Source: Candidatus Obscuribacteraceae bacterium (GTDB lineage Bacteria; Cyanobacteriota; Vampirovibrionia; Obscuribacterales; Obscuribacteraceae). Taken from it: a stretch of DNA of 64,000 bases. Position numbers and translations under genes: made by a program. This document shows positions 10,287 to 19,091 of this stretch, one piece after another. The notes below the pieces were generated by a model. The model did no database searches. It saw only the letters and a list, made by a program, of their open reading frames with translations, and was not told where the DNA came from. The DNA is taken from contig JBGAHS010000011.1 of NCBI GenBank assembly GCA_044226015.1, forward strand, positions 160,001 through 224,000, given 5' to 3'. Positions within the stretch are counted from its first letter, which is position 1. Each line of letters begins with the position of its first letter.

Positions 10287-12516
10287 CCACCGAGCTTCAT
10301 GCTTAGTTATCGCCAGTCTGATTATCATTGGCGTGATACCACCCTCTTACGCAGTGCCAGCACCGGTTTCTGACTACACACCCGAGAAATTGCATTTCAC
10401 GACAGTCGGACGCAAGCATTACGATGCGCCAAATGAACAAGAACAAAGCAATGAAGCTGCAAACATAACACGAGCCAGTGCCGCTCTAAAGCGAAATCCT
10501 GTCCTCAAGAAAATACTCACAGAGGCTGAGATCGCCTTAAGTGCAAATGACCTTATTCGAGCAGAGAAGATCTTTGCAGAAGCTAACAAGCTTTTTCCCA
10601 GAGAAATCGCGCCAACTTTAGGGCAAGCCCGTATCAATTTCATTAAAGGGAATGTTGAAAAGTCAGTTGAAATAATCAAGCAATTGCTGAAGAAAAATCC
10701 GCTCTCAAGTGAAGCTTATTCTATGCTTGGAGACATTTACCTCGGTCAAGACAAGTTTACTGAAGCAAAGCAGGCGCTCAAAAACGCAATCAGCCTAGAG
10801 CAGGGTGACAGTGAAGCACTGCTTCGACTTGCCCAGATAGAACTTAGAGACAAGAATTTCGATACGACTGAGCAGTATTTGCGAAGAGCCCTTGCCGCAG
10901 ATCCGCATAGTATCAAAGCTCGAGTATTACTGGCACGCTTATTGTGGTATCAAAATAAACTCTCAGAGTCAGTGCTGGAATATAACAGCGCACTTGCACA
11001 AGACCCGGAAAATTCAGTATTACTGAGTGAGTTAGCCACAATTTACAGCCTCACCGGCAAAACCATAGATTGTATGGGCAAGCTAAATGATGCTTACAGA
11101 TACGACCCAGAATCGATCGAAATTGAGAAGCAATACATCACCGTTTATGGTGGCAGGCATGATTGGGGAAACGCGCTCGATGCGGCAAAAGCCTGGGTGC
11201 AACTGGAGAAAAATAGCGCAGAAGCTCACGGGGCACTAGCCTGGTCGCTTCTTCTAAATCAAGAGTTTGATGATGCTGCTATCGAAGCAGGAATTGCAAG
11301 CAAGCTGCTGCCTTCTAGCCCAGAAATTCGCAATCTCCAGGGAATTATCAAAATCGAGATGCGACAGGTCGACGATGCAATTGCGCAATTCAAGAAAGCA
11401 ATTGAATTAGAAAAGACCTACCTGCCGTCAAACCTGAACCTGGTCTCGGCTCTCCTGGTAAAGAAGCAGTTTCAAGATGCCTTGGACCACCTGAATCGGC
11501 TGGAATACATATTTCCCGACGACCCAAATGTTCTTGCACTTCATGCTTATGCAGCCTTAAAGTCAGATAAATTTGAGGAAGCGAAGAAGCTTTCAGATCA
11601 TGCGTTGAAACTATCCAACGATCTTCCTTTGGCCCTTATTACACAAGCAACATTGACTCGCAATGCAAACGATTTGCCTCAAGCAGAGAAACTTTTTCTA
11701 GAAATTAAAGCCCGCTGGTCAAATAGCCCGCTGGTTCTGATTGAATTGTGCAAAACATTTTTGCTCGAAGACAAAGGGGCTGAGGCAATCGATATGGCTC
11801 AGCAAGCTCTCCAATTGGCGCCCTCAAACTTAGATGCGAAAGCAGCTTTAGCGCTCGCTTTAATTCATCAGAAGAATTTTGATGGACCCATCTCATTGTT
11901 GAAAGAATGCATAGCCAGAAATCCGAAGGACCTGTCTCTTCGCATCGAATTAGCAAAAGCACAAATAGCGACTGGAGAAGCCGACTTCGCAGAAATGACA
12001 CTGGATAAAGCAAAAACGGTCTTCCCAGATAGTGCAGAACCGCTCTTAGGATTGGCCGAAGTTTCACTAAGATTGAACAATGTACGACAAGCAAGAGAAT
12101 ATCTTGAGGAAGCATTAACAAAAGATCCACATAATCACAAAGCGATTGTTGAGCTGGCTAGCTTAAAACTTGACGCTGGTAAAGCAGCAGACTGCCTTGC
12201 ACAGCTCACAGGGCTTAGCGATGATGAATTGGGTAATTCTGGACTCTTGCTAAAGGCGAGAGCCGAATTGGCGACCCAAGAGATTCAATTAGCGCGTACC
12301 GACTTCAACAAGGTCAAGAATCAAAACGCATTATCAACATTCGACCGCATTCAACTTGGGAACATACTGTGGCGCCTTGGAGAAATTGAGGAAGCAAAAC
12401 AATGCATTTCAATTATCGACATCGGTGAGATTGACAAAAATCCCAGAGCGAAGAGGGAACTAACAAAACTACAAAATGAGTTAAAGCAAGACAAAGTCAA
12501 GAACAAGAAAAGATAA
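10264..12516 (+). CDS. Exported multi-TPR protein
   Basis: N-terminal hydrophobic signal (…PPSYA), then many TPR-like repeats (A..LG..Y, ALAADP, ALQLAP). Confidence 0.85.
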   Translation: MASLHKNSHRASCLVIASLIIIGVIPPSYAVPAPVSDYTPEKLHFTTVGRKHYDAPNEQEQSNEAANITRASAALKRNPVLKKILTEAEIALSANDLIRAEKIFAEANKLFPREIAPTLGQARINFIKGNVEKSVEIIKQLLKKNPLSSEAYSMLGDIYLGQDKFTEAKQALKNAISLEQGDSEALLRLAQIELRDKNFDTTEQYLRRALAADPHSIKARVLLARLLWYQNKLSESVLEYNSALAQDPENSVLLSELATIYSLTGKTIDCMGKLNDAYRYDPESIEIEKQYITVYGGRHDWGNALDAAKAWVQLEKNSAEAHGALAWSLLLNQEFDDAAIEAGIASKLLPSSPEIRNLQGIIKIEMRQVDDAIAQFKKAIELEKTYLPSNLNLVSALLVKKQFQDALDHLNRLEYIFPDDPNVLALHAYAALKSDKFEEAKKLSDHALKLSNDLPLALITQATLTRNANDLPQAEKLFLEIKARWSNSPLVLIELCKTFLLEDKGAEAIDMAQQALQLAPSNLDAKAALALALIHQKNFDGPISLLKECIARNPKDLSLRIELAKAQIATGEADFAEMTLDKAKTVFPDSAEPLLGLAEVSLRLNNVRQAREYLEEALTKDPHNHKAIVELASLKLDAGKAADCLAQLTGLSDDELGNSGLLLKARAELATQEIQLARTDFNKVKNQNALSTFDRIQLGNILWRLGEIEEAKQCISIIDIGEIDKNPRAKRELTKLQNELKQDKVKNKKR

Positions 12517-12525
12517 TTTCGCGTT

Positions 12526-13830
12526 ATGCTCTATGGGTCAAAGGTATTGGAAAACGCAATGAGTAAATTTACCCGGCTGCATCTAAATCAAATTATCAGC
12601 CTTTTCATAACCGCCTTTTGCTCAAGTTCTGCAGCTTATGCTGAGGACGTAATCAAGTACGAGCCAAAAGCGCGTGATCCATTCCTTGAAAGAATGATTA
12701 GAGAAGTTGCCGCTCACAAACCAAGCGAAACTGAAATGGCAGAAATCGCAGACTATGTGAGCAAACATGAGACTGATTCAGATGGGCACCTCTTGCTAGC
12801 AGATGCTTACTTCAAACTTGGTATGGACGGTTTGTATGCAGAAGAGCTGGAAAAAGCCTGGAAGCTAAATCCCAAAGCCATGATGTATCTGATTGGAGCA
12901 TTAAAAGCCCGGGCGATCTCAGGAGACACAGAAAATTTCGACCGTCTGGTAGAAGATTGCTTCAAAACATATGCTCATAATGTAAACGACCTGAATACAC
13001 TTGCAACTCTTTTGCAAATGAACAAGCAAGATGCTCTTGCAATCAAATTCTACAAGCGAGCTATGCAATTGGACCCGAGCAACCTGCACATTCTAGAAGA
13101 TTATTGCTCGTCACTGATATCACTGAAGCAGTACTCCGAAGCAATAACGGCTGCACAAAAATTGCACAAGAACCCGCAGTTTGAAGATCACGCTGCACTT
13201 GTTGAAGGACTCGCATACTTCAATTTAAATCAGACAAAGAAAGCAATTCCTCTTCTAAAGAAGGCTTACCTGGCGCATCCTAATAGCCCTTTGCTAGCAC
13301 AGTCGTATTACGCAGCACTGATGACCGATGGACAGATAAAAGAAGCGGTAGTACCAGCTTTGATGGCATTGGCGTTTCAACCTTTACTTTCACCAGCAGA
13401 CCTGGACACCGTAAAATCCAATATTCGCCCGGTAATTCGCAAAGCTTCACCGAAAGATATTGAAGAAGGCATAGCTGCGGTTAAGAAGAACATGCAGCAA
13501 GGAAGGGCACTAGCATATTTCTATTTTTCCCTGGGCGATTTGCTCGACAAGGAAAACCGCGTTCGACAAGCAATTGAGTGCTACACCGAAGGTCTAGCGA
13601 TAGACAACACTTTCGGTAGAGCTTACATGAGGTTAGGAACTGACATGGCTTTGATGGGAGCCTCTCCCAGCATAACACGAGTATTCTTTGAGCAAGCGGC
13701 CCTGCGCGCACCCAGTGACCAGCAAGTACTGTCAAAGTACTTCAGAATGAAGGAGCGCTCAAAGGTCTACGATCAGGACATAGCAAATCAGCTCAAGGGA
13801 AGATTTAACCAACTCCGCTTCCAGAATTAA
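12526..13830 (+). CDS. Exported TPR protein (start may be ATG 12559)
   Basis: Signal peptide ending AAYA. TPR motifs YKRAMQLDP and YTEGLAID. Confidence 0.8.
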   Translation: MLYGSKVLENAMSKFTRLHLNQIISLFITAFCSSSAAYAEDVIKYEPKARDPFLERMIREVAAHKPSETEMAEIADYVSKHETDSDGHLLLADAYFKLGMDGLYAEELEKAWKLNPKAMMYLIGALKARAISGDTENFDRLVEDCFKTYAHNVNDLNTLATLLQMNKQDALAIKFYKRAMQLDPSNLHILEDYCSSLISLKQYSEAITAAQKLHKNPQFEDHAALVEGLAYFNLNQTKKAIPLLKKAYLAHPNSPLLAQSYYAALMTDGQIKEAVVPALMALAFQPLLSPADLDTVKSNIRPVIRKASPKDIEEGIAAVKKNMQQGRALAYFYFSLGDLLDKENRVRQAIECYTEGLAIDNTFGRAYMRLGTDMALMGASPSITRVFFEQAALRAPSDQQVLSKYFRMKERSKVYDQDIANQLKGRFNQLRFQN

Positions 13831-13843
13831 GAATTGAGGTAAC

Positions 13844-14380
13844 GTGAAACAAATTTTGCAAACGAAGCGCCTCATAATCAGAGAAGTCAATCCAGATGAT
13901 ATAGACTATCTGACCGAACTAATGAGCCATGAAAAAGCAATGCGTTACTTTCCAAAACTGTATTCGCGGAAGGAATGCTTGCAGATGATTGAAAAGATGA
14001 TGTTCAATTACAAGGTTCAAGGACATGGAGTCTGGCTACTCGAAGACAAAGAACTAAAGAAGCCTGTAGGAAGACTGGGATTAGTCATGCAGTCTGTTGA
14101 AAGAAAAGCAGAACCAGAAATAGGCTACATACTTCACCCAGACCATTGGCATAAAGGTTATGCCACCGAAGCTGGTGTTGCAGTGCGCAACTACGCATTT
14201 GATCAGCTGAACTACCCTCACGTAATTTCACTAATCAGACCCATTAATTTGCCATCACAAGCGGTGGCTACCCGGTTGGGGATGAAAATTTCACGCAAGG
14301 TGCATTTTTTCAACTATGAACATCTCGTGTTTAAGATTGACCGCGAAAAGTCCCTTGAACTAAAGATTCAAGGCAACTAA
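13844..14380 (+). CDS. GNAT N-acetyltransferase, RimJ/RimL family
   Basis: LQTKRLIIRE, EIGYILHPDHWHKGYATEA and N.PSQAVA.RLGM motifs. GTG start with GAGG RBS. Confidence 0.9.
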   Translation: MKQILQTKRLIIREVNPDDIDYLTELMSHEKAMRYFPKLYSRKECLQMIEKMMFNYKVQGHGVWLLEDKELKKPVGRLGLVMQSVERKAEPEIGYILHPDHWHKGYATEAGVAVRNYAFDQLNYPHVISLIRPINLPSQAVATRLGMKISRKVHFFNYEHLVFKIDREKSLELKIQGN

Positions 14381-14395
14381 ATCACACGAGTTTAG

Positions 14396-14830
14396 CTAAC
14401 TACCAACCAATTCTCTCGTCTTTTCAGAATCATCAGCTTCACTCTCAGACTCTGAATCGATAGCGGTTTCACCAGCTTTGGATGAGCAATTATATTTCTG
14501 CCCGCGGTTGGTTTCCATCAACTCATCTGCATGTTCTCTGGCCCAACGTTCAAACTGATCCAAAACTGGAATCAATGTCTGACCAAGAGAAGAAAGCTCA
14601 TATTCAACCCTCGGTGGCACTTCAGCGTACACAGTGCGCTTAACCAGCCCATCTTCTTCTAATGCTCGAAGTTGATGGGTCAGAACACGTTGAGTCACTC
14701 CCTGAAGTATCCGACGCAGTTCGTTAAAGCGCTTTTTCCCATCTCTCAGCTGATAAAGAATCAGTACCTTCCACTTGTCTGAAACCATGGCTATGGTGTG
14801 CATAATCGGGCAAACGATTTTATGGTTCAT
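14396..14830 (-). CDS. HxlR-family winged-helix regulator with N-terminal Cys (CP motif)
   Basis: VCPI...DKWKVLIL, RFNELRR, LT.QLR.LE.DGLV.R.VYAEVPPRVEY.LS motifs. Confidence 0.92.
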   Translation of the reverse strand: MNHKIVCPIMHTIAMVSDKWKVLILYQLRDGKKRFNELRRILQGVTQRVLTHQLRALEEDGLVKRTVYAEVPPRVEYELSSLGQTLIPVLDQFERWAREHADELMETNRGQKYNCSSKAGETAIDSESESEADDSEKTRELVGS

Positions 14831-14866
14831 ACTTTACGCCCTCCCTGAAATGCCTATTTTTACATT

Positions 14867-14920
14867 GGTTCTCATTTTGATACTACATCACTTTTCGCAT
14901 ACTACACAACATTATAGTGC
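14867..14920. promoter_or_regulatory. Candidate HxlR operator region between divergent hxlR and rhodanese genes
   Basis: Imperfect palindrome GGTTCTCA-TTT-TGATACT. Direct repeat ATACTACA at 14880 and 14899. Confidence 0.4.
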
Positions 14921-15009
14921 CTAGTTGCGATGAGATACTAGCTCATCGTAGGATCAATTCAGAAAAAACACAAGCCCAATAATCATTCAGAAATCAAAGG
15001 AGGTTTGAA

Positions 15010-15426
15010 ATGACTACAGAAACATTGAGTAAAGAATCCGCACTTGCAGTGGCATTTTTTGAAGCGAAGCTTGCTTTTGAGATCGGTCCCGTCGAACTAA
15101 AAATGGGCGCCGACAGAGGCGAAAAATATCAGATTATTGATCTTCGCACACCAGAGCATTTCGCGAAAGGACATGTTCCCGGCGCAATAAACATCAATAT
15201 CGAAGAGCTCGAGTCCTTCGCTAACAAGTTGAACAAAGATGTGACCTCGGTTGTTTATTGCTATGACAAACTCTGCTATCTATCAGCAAAAGCTGCTCTT
15301 TTGCTTGCAAAAAAAGGATACAAAGTTAGAGAGCTAGCAGGCGGCTATGATGGCTACGCTGAGAAAGGATTCCAAACCACGGCTAAGGCTGAGAACTCTT
15401 CGTGTGGAAGCGCCTGCAGCGCATAA
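15010..15426 (+). CDS. Rhodanese-like domain protein
   Basis: IIDLRTPEHFAKGHVPGAINI, VVYC active-site Cys and LAGG motifs. AAGGAGG RBS. Cys-rich tail CGSACSA. Confidence 0.9.
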   Translation: MTTETLSKESALAVAFFEAKLAFEIGPVELKMGADRGEKYQIIDLRTPEHFAKGHVPGAININIEELESFANKLNKDVTSVVYCYDKLCYLSAKAALLLAKKGYKVRELAGGYDGYAEKGFQTTAKAENSSCGSACSA

Positions 15427-15578
15427 ACACTGTAGACGAATCTGATCACATCAACTGCTGGCTTAGCTTAGGCAAAACGAGATTGATCAACGTTCAGTTA
15501 ATCGATTGATTTGCTGTGCGATAATTTTGAGGAAGTGCAAGATTTGCGCTTCCTCTTTGTTTATTGCAGGATAGCAGC

Positions 15579-16559
15579 ATGAGAATTTTGATTGTTGGCG
15601 GCAGCGTTTTCTTGGGAAGGCAGCTTGTCATAGCTGCTCGAAATGCTGGTCATGAACTAACGCTTTTTAACAGAGGAAACAACTCACTGCCCGAGCAAGA
15701 TGCCGTTGAAAAAATAAAAGGTAATAGAAATAATCTTGAACAATTGCAAGGAAGAAGCTGGGATGCAGTCATCGATACCTGCGGAATGAAAGCGGATGAA
15801 GTAGGTTACAGTGCTAAGCAATTGTTAGAATCCTGCAGTAAGTACGTCTTTATCTCAAGTGTTTCAGCCTATGCTGATCTCAGCAAAGAAGCCATAAATG
15901 AGGACGCAGACACAAAACTGACTCCGCGAGATCAGATACAAGACTATGGCTCGGAAAAAGCTTGGAGCGAGAAAGCAGTTCTTGAGCAATTTACTGAACA
16001 ACGCTCGCTCATCATTCGTCCAGGAGTGCTAGTAGGTCGATACGACCCCAAAGACAGGCTCACCTACTGGGTTAGAAGAATATCTCGCGGCGGGCAGGTT
16101 CTGGCCCCTGGTCGACCTGAACGAGAGGTTCAGTTCATAGACATTCGAGACACTGCAGAATGGATAGTTCGCTTGCTCGAAGCGCAGCTATGCGGAACCT
16201 TCAATCTGACAGGACCTTTCTATCCCTACACAATGGACGAACTTCTTCGAACCTGCATAAGAGAAACGAGCTCGAACGCCGAGTTAGCTTGGGCTTCAGA
16301 CGAGCAGCTAGCTGCTGCAAAAGTGGCAGCGTGGACTGAGCTTCCGCTCTGGTTGCCAGATAGCGACCAAGAACACTCAGGACTAATGAAGATAGACTGC
16401 CTCAAGGCGCAGAACACAGGCTTATCTTATCGTGCGGTTCATGAAACAATCGATGACACCTTTGATTGGGACAAAACACGTGAGCCGAATGAACCACTAA
16501 ACGCGGGACTATCGGCAGAAAGAGAGCAAGAGATTCTAAATTTGCTCTCCACTCTTTAG
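15579..16559 (+). CDS. NAD-dependent epimerase/dehydratase family protein (isoflavone-reductase-like)
   Basis: MRILIVGGSVFLG Rossmann motif, TLFNRG, YVFISSVSAY, YG.EK, IIRPG. Start moved to ATG 15579. Confidence 0.88.
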   Translation: MRILIVGGSVFLGRQLVIAARNAGHELTLFNRGNNSLPEQDAVEKIKGNRNNLEQLQGRSWDAVIDTCGMKADEVGYSAKQLLESCSKYVFISSVSAYADLSKEAINEDADTKLTPRDQIQDYGSEKAWSEKAVLEQFTEQRSLIIRPGVLVGRYDPKDRLTYWVRRISRGGQVLAPGRPEREVQFIDIRDTAEWIVRLLEAQLCGTFNLTGPFYPYTMDELLRTCIRETSSNAELAWASDEQLAAAKVAAWTELPLWLPDSDQEHSGLMKIDCLKAQNTGLSYRAVHETIDDTFDWDKTREPNEPLNAGLSAEREQEILNLLSTL

Positions 16560-16801
16560 AGACAGTTTTGGTCCAAACAATAAAGCAATTAGAAAGGTTT
16601 GTTTTATTCTAATAACGGGTCTCAAAGCAATCCCGAGCCGCTAGCATTCATGGGCAAGCCTTGAGGAGCCTGGCTCATAGCGTTTTCGGGGCTTTTTCGC
16701 TGTCGAGAGAGGGAGGGTGTCACAAGCCGCAACACCGTGGGGACAGACTTTAGAGATATGCTAGTATAAAAACTTGGATTAATCCTAAGAGGTTCTAAAT
16801 C

Positions 16802-17158
16802 ATGACAGAAGTCACTTCAGCACCAAAGACAGACACAATCGTTTCTTTGACCGAAGAAGCAGCAAGCGAAATCAAAAGACTCTTGGCTGATGAGCCAGAG
16901 AAGAAAGAAGGCTTGAGACTCGAAGTTCGCGGTGGCGGATGCTCAGGCTTCTCGTACGGATTCACATTCGATAATCATCAAGAAGGCGATATCGTAGTTG
17001 AACAGCACGACATCAAAGTAATGGTTGACCAAAAGAGCGCTATTTATTTGAAGGGAACAGTTCTTCATTATGAAGGCGGACTTGAAGGTCGCGGTTTCAC
17101 CATCAAGAACCCACAAGCGAAAGGTTCTTGTGGTTGCGGCAATTCTTTCTCGGTCTAG
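16802..17158 (+). CDS. iscA: A-type Fe-S cluster carrier (IscA/HesB/ErpA family)
   Basis: GGGCSGFSY and NPQAKGSCGCGNSF signatures. Confidence 0.93.
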   Translation: MTEVTSAPKTDTIVSLTEEAASEIKRLLADEPEKKEGLRLEVRGGGCSGFSYGFTFDNHQEGDIVVEQHDIKVMVDQKSAIYLKGTVLHYEGGLEGRGFTIKNPQAKGSCGCGNSFSV

Positions 17159-17183
17159 ACACGAGATAACCAGCGCTAATGAT

Positions 17184-17209
17184 GGGCGGTGCTTGCACCG
17201 CCCGTTTTT
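17184..17209 (+). terminator. Intrinsic terminator/attenuator between iscA and ygfZ-TPR
   Basis: GGGCGGTGC-TT-GCACCGCCC followed by GTTTTT. Confidence 0.75.
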
Positions 17210-17250
17210 CTAGGAATCAAAATAAAAGGACGGAACTAAGGCGAACTGAG

Positions 17251-18972
17251 ATGACTAAAGAGAGTTTGGAAATTGCCAATGTAAACGCTGCCAGAAAAAA
17301 TGGTGCGTATATGACACTACTCGATTTATCTATAATCGAAATAAAGGGTAAGGATGCAGCTTCGTTTTTGCATGGACGCAGCAGCAGCGATGTTAATTCT
17401 CTTGCGATTGGGCAAGGTCAGCTTTCTTCACTGCTTGACAGAAAAGGATACTTAATTGCATTCATCACTGTGCATCGAACCAGCGAAGATAGTTTCTGGA
17501 TTCTCAGCGACAAAGCGCAAAGTCAGACTCTCCTCACACAGTTTCAGACTTACCACTTTAGAGAGAAAATTGCCTACGAAGATATCTCGGAACGCTTTAG
17601 CCCGATCACCGTCATGGGACCATCAGTAGAAACAGTTCTCTCAAGTCGACTGAATCTGATGCTTCCACAGGAAGAATATGCAGTTTCACAAGGCAGTGTT
17701 TTCAACCTGGAATGTACTGTCATTCGTCGCTCTCTCAGTGGCGATAGCGGATTCATCATATTCCTTCCAAGTTCAGAGCCTGAATGTTTGAGGAAGGTCG
17801 AATCAGAATTAGAATCAGCAGGAATACACAAGACAAACGAAGACACGTTAAATGTCCTCAGAGTTGAGGCTGGAATTCCAAAATTCGGAACAGACATAGA
17901 CAGCGAGCATCTCTTGCCGGAGACAGGGTTCGAACAATATGCAGCAAGCTACAGCAAAGGCTGCTTCCAAGGGCAAGAAGTTCTCGCTCGAATTAAAACA
18001 TACGGAGCACCTAAGCGAGCACTAGTAGGGCTAATAATTGATGATGCCGCTGACTCCGTATTCGCCATAAATACGAATTTTCGGGTAGGCGGTGAAGATG
18101 AAGGAACAATAAAAAGCAATTGCTTCTCTCCTACCCTTAACAAACATATTGCGCTGGCCTTTATCGCACGCGACTATCGCGTCCCAGAGAAACATCTAAT
18201 AATTACAGTTGAAGGGAAGGACTACCCTGCCACAGTGAAGTTCCTTCCATTTTATTCAGCTCAAGCGAGCAAAGAGCGTGCGCATAAGCTGTACAAGATG
18301 GCGCTAAAAGAATTTGCAGAGGGGTCCGAAGAAAAAGCAATACAAATCTTGCGTGAAGTAATTGAACTCGACCCACTGCTAGCAGACGCATACGAATCTC
18401 TGGGAGTTATTCTTTCCAGGCACGAACAGTATGACGAAGCGATTGCACTAATGCATAAGTTGCAATCACTGATACCAGATTCGGTGATGGCACATACAAA
18501 CTTGTCCGTCTATTACATGCACCTCGGTGACAAAGAAAGAGCGGAGGAAGAGAAAGCGATCTCGATGAGCATCCGCATGTCACAGCTAGCGAAAGAACAT
18601 GCTAAAAAGAAGCAAGAGGAAGCCGATAAGAAAGCGAATTTAGAAGAACAAGAGCGAAGGCTGGACATGTTCAAACAAGTACTCGCAATTGATCCCGAGG
18701 ATTTTCTTGCCAACAATGGCATCGGAACAGTTTATGTAGAACTAGGCAAATTCAAAGATGCAGTTCCGTTCCTGACCAAAGCTATTAATGTTAAGCCTAC
18801 TCATACAGTGGCGTATATGGCTCTCGGCAAAGCATTTGTAGCTCTTGGAGATTTAGTGAATGCGCGCACTGTATACGAAACAGGCATTGAAATTGCCGCA
18901 AAACGCGGTGACATAACACCGATGAAAGAGATGCAGTCAGAACTCGCTAATTTGAATCAGCCTGCAAATTAA
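17251..18972 (+). CDS. ygfZ: YgfZ (GcvT-family folate-binding Fe-S maturation protein) fused to a C-terminal TPR domain
   Basis: I.G.DA..FL.G, LRVEAGIP and signature SYSKGCFQGQEVLAR. About 200 C-terminal residues are TPR-like. The track start 17179 runs through the terminator, so ATG 17251 is preferred. Confidence 0.88.
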   Translation: MTKESLEIANVNAARKNGAYMTLLDLSIIEIKGKDAASFLHGRSSSDVNSLAIGQGQLSSLLDRKGYLIAFITVHRTSEDSFWILSDKAQSQTLLTQFQTYHFREKIAYEDISERFSPITVMGPSVETVLSSRLNLMLPQEEYAVSQGSVFNLECTVIRRSLSGDSGFIIFLPSSEPECLRKVESELESAGIHKTNEDTLNVLRVEAGIPKFGTDIDSEHLLPETGFEQYAASYSKGCFQGQEVLARIKTYGAPKRALVGLIIDDAADSVFAINTNFRVGGEDEGTIKSNCFSPTLNKHIALAFIARDYRVPEKHLIITVEGKDYPATVKFLPFYSAQASKERAHKLYKMALKEFAEGSEEKAIQILREVIELDPLLADAYESLGVILSRHEQYDEAIALMHKLQSLIPDSVMAHTNLSVYYMHLGDKERAEEEKAISMSIRMSQLAKEHAKKKQEEADKKANLEEQERRLDMFKQVLAIDPEDFLANNGIGTVYVELGKFKDAVPFLTKAINVKPTHTVAYMALGKAFVALGDLVNARTVYETGIEIAAKRGDITPMKEMQSELANLNQPAN

Positions 18973-19014
18973 GGTGTTCTTCTAGCTAGTCAGTCGATAA
19001 GTGGCATAAAAGAC

Positions 19015-19026
19015 GGGTATATTTTC
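19015..19026 (+). promoter_or_regulatory. 12-bp motif GGGTATATTTTC (likely -10 element) shared with the paralogous kinase gene
   Basis: The identical 12-mer occurs on - at 22631-22642. Both copies are about 65 bp upstream of the kinase start codons. Confidence 0.55.
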
Positions 19027-19091
19027 GTAGTAGTGAATCTTATCTGACGGTTTCACCTGTCTTAACCTGAGAGGAGCCTGCGTCAATATCG

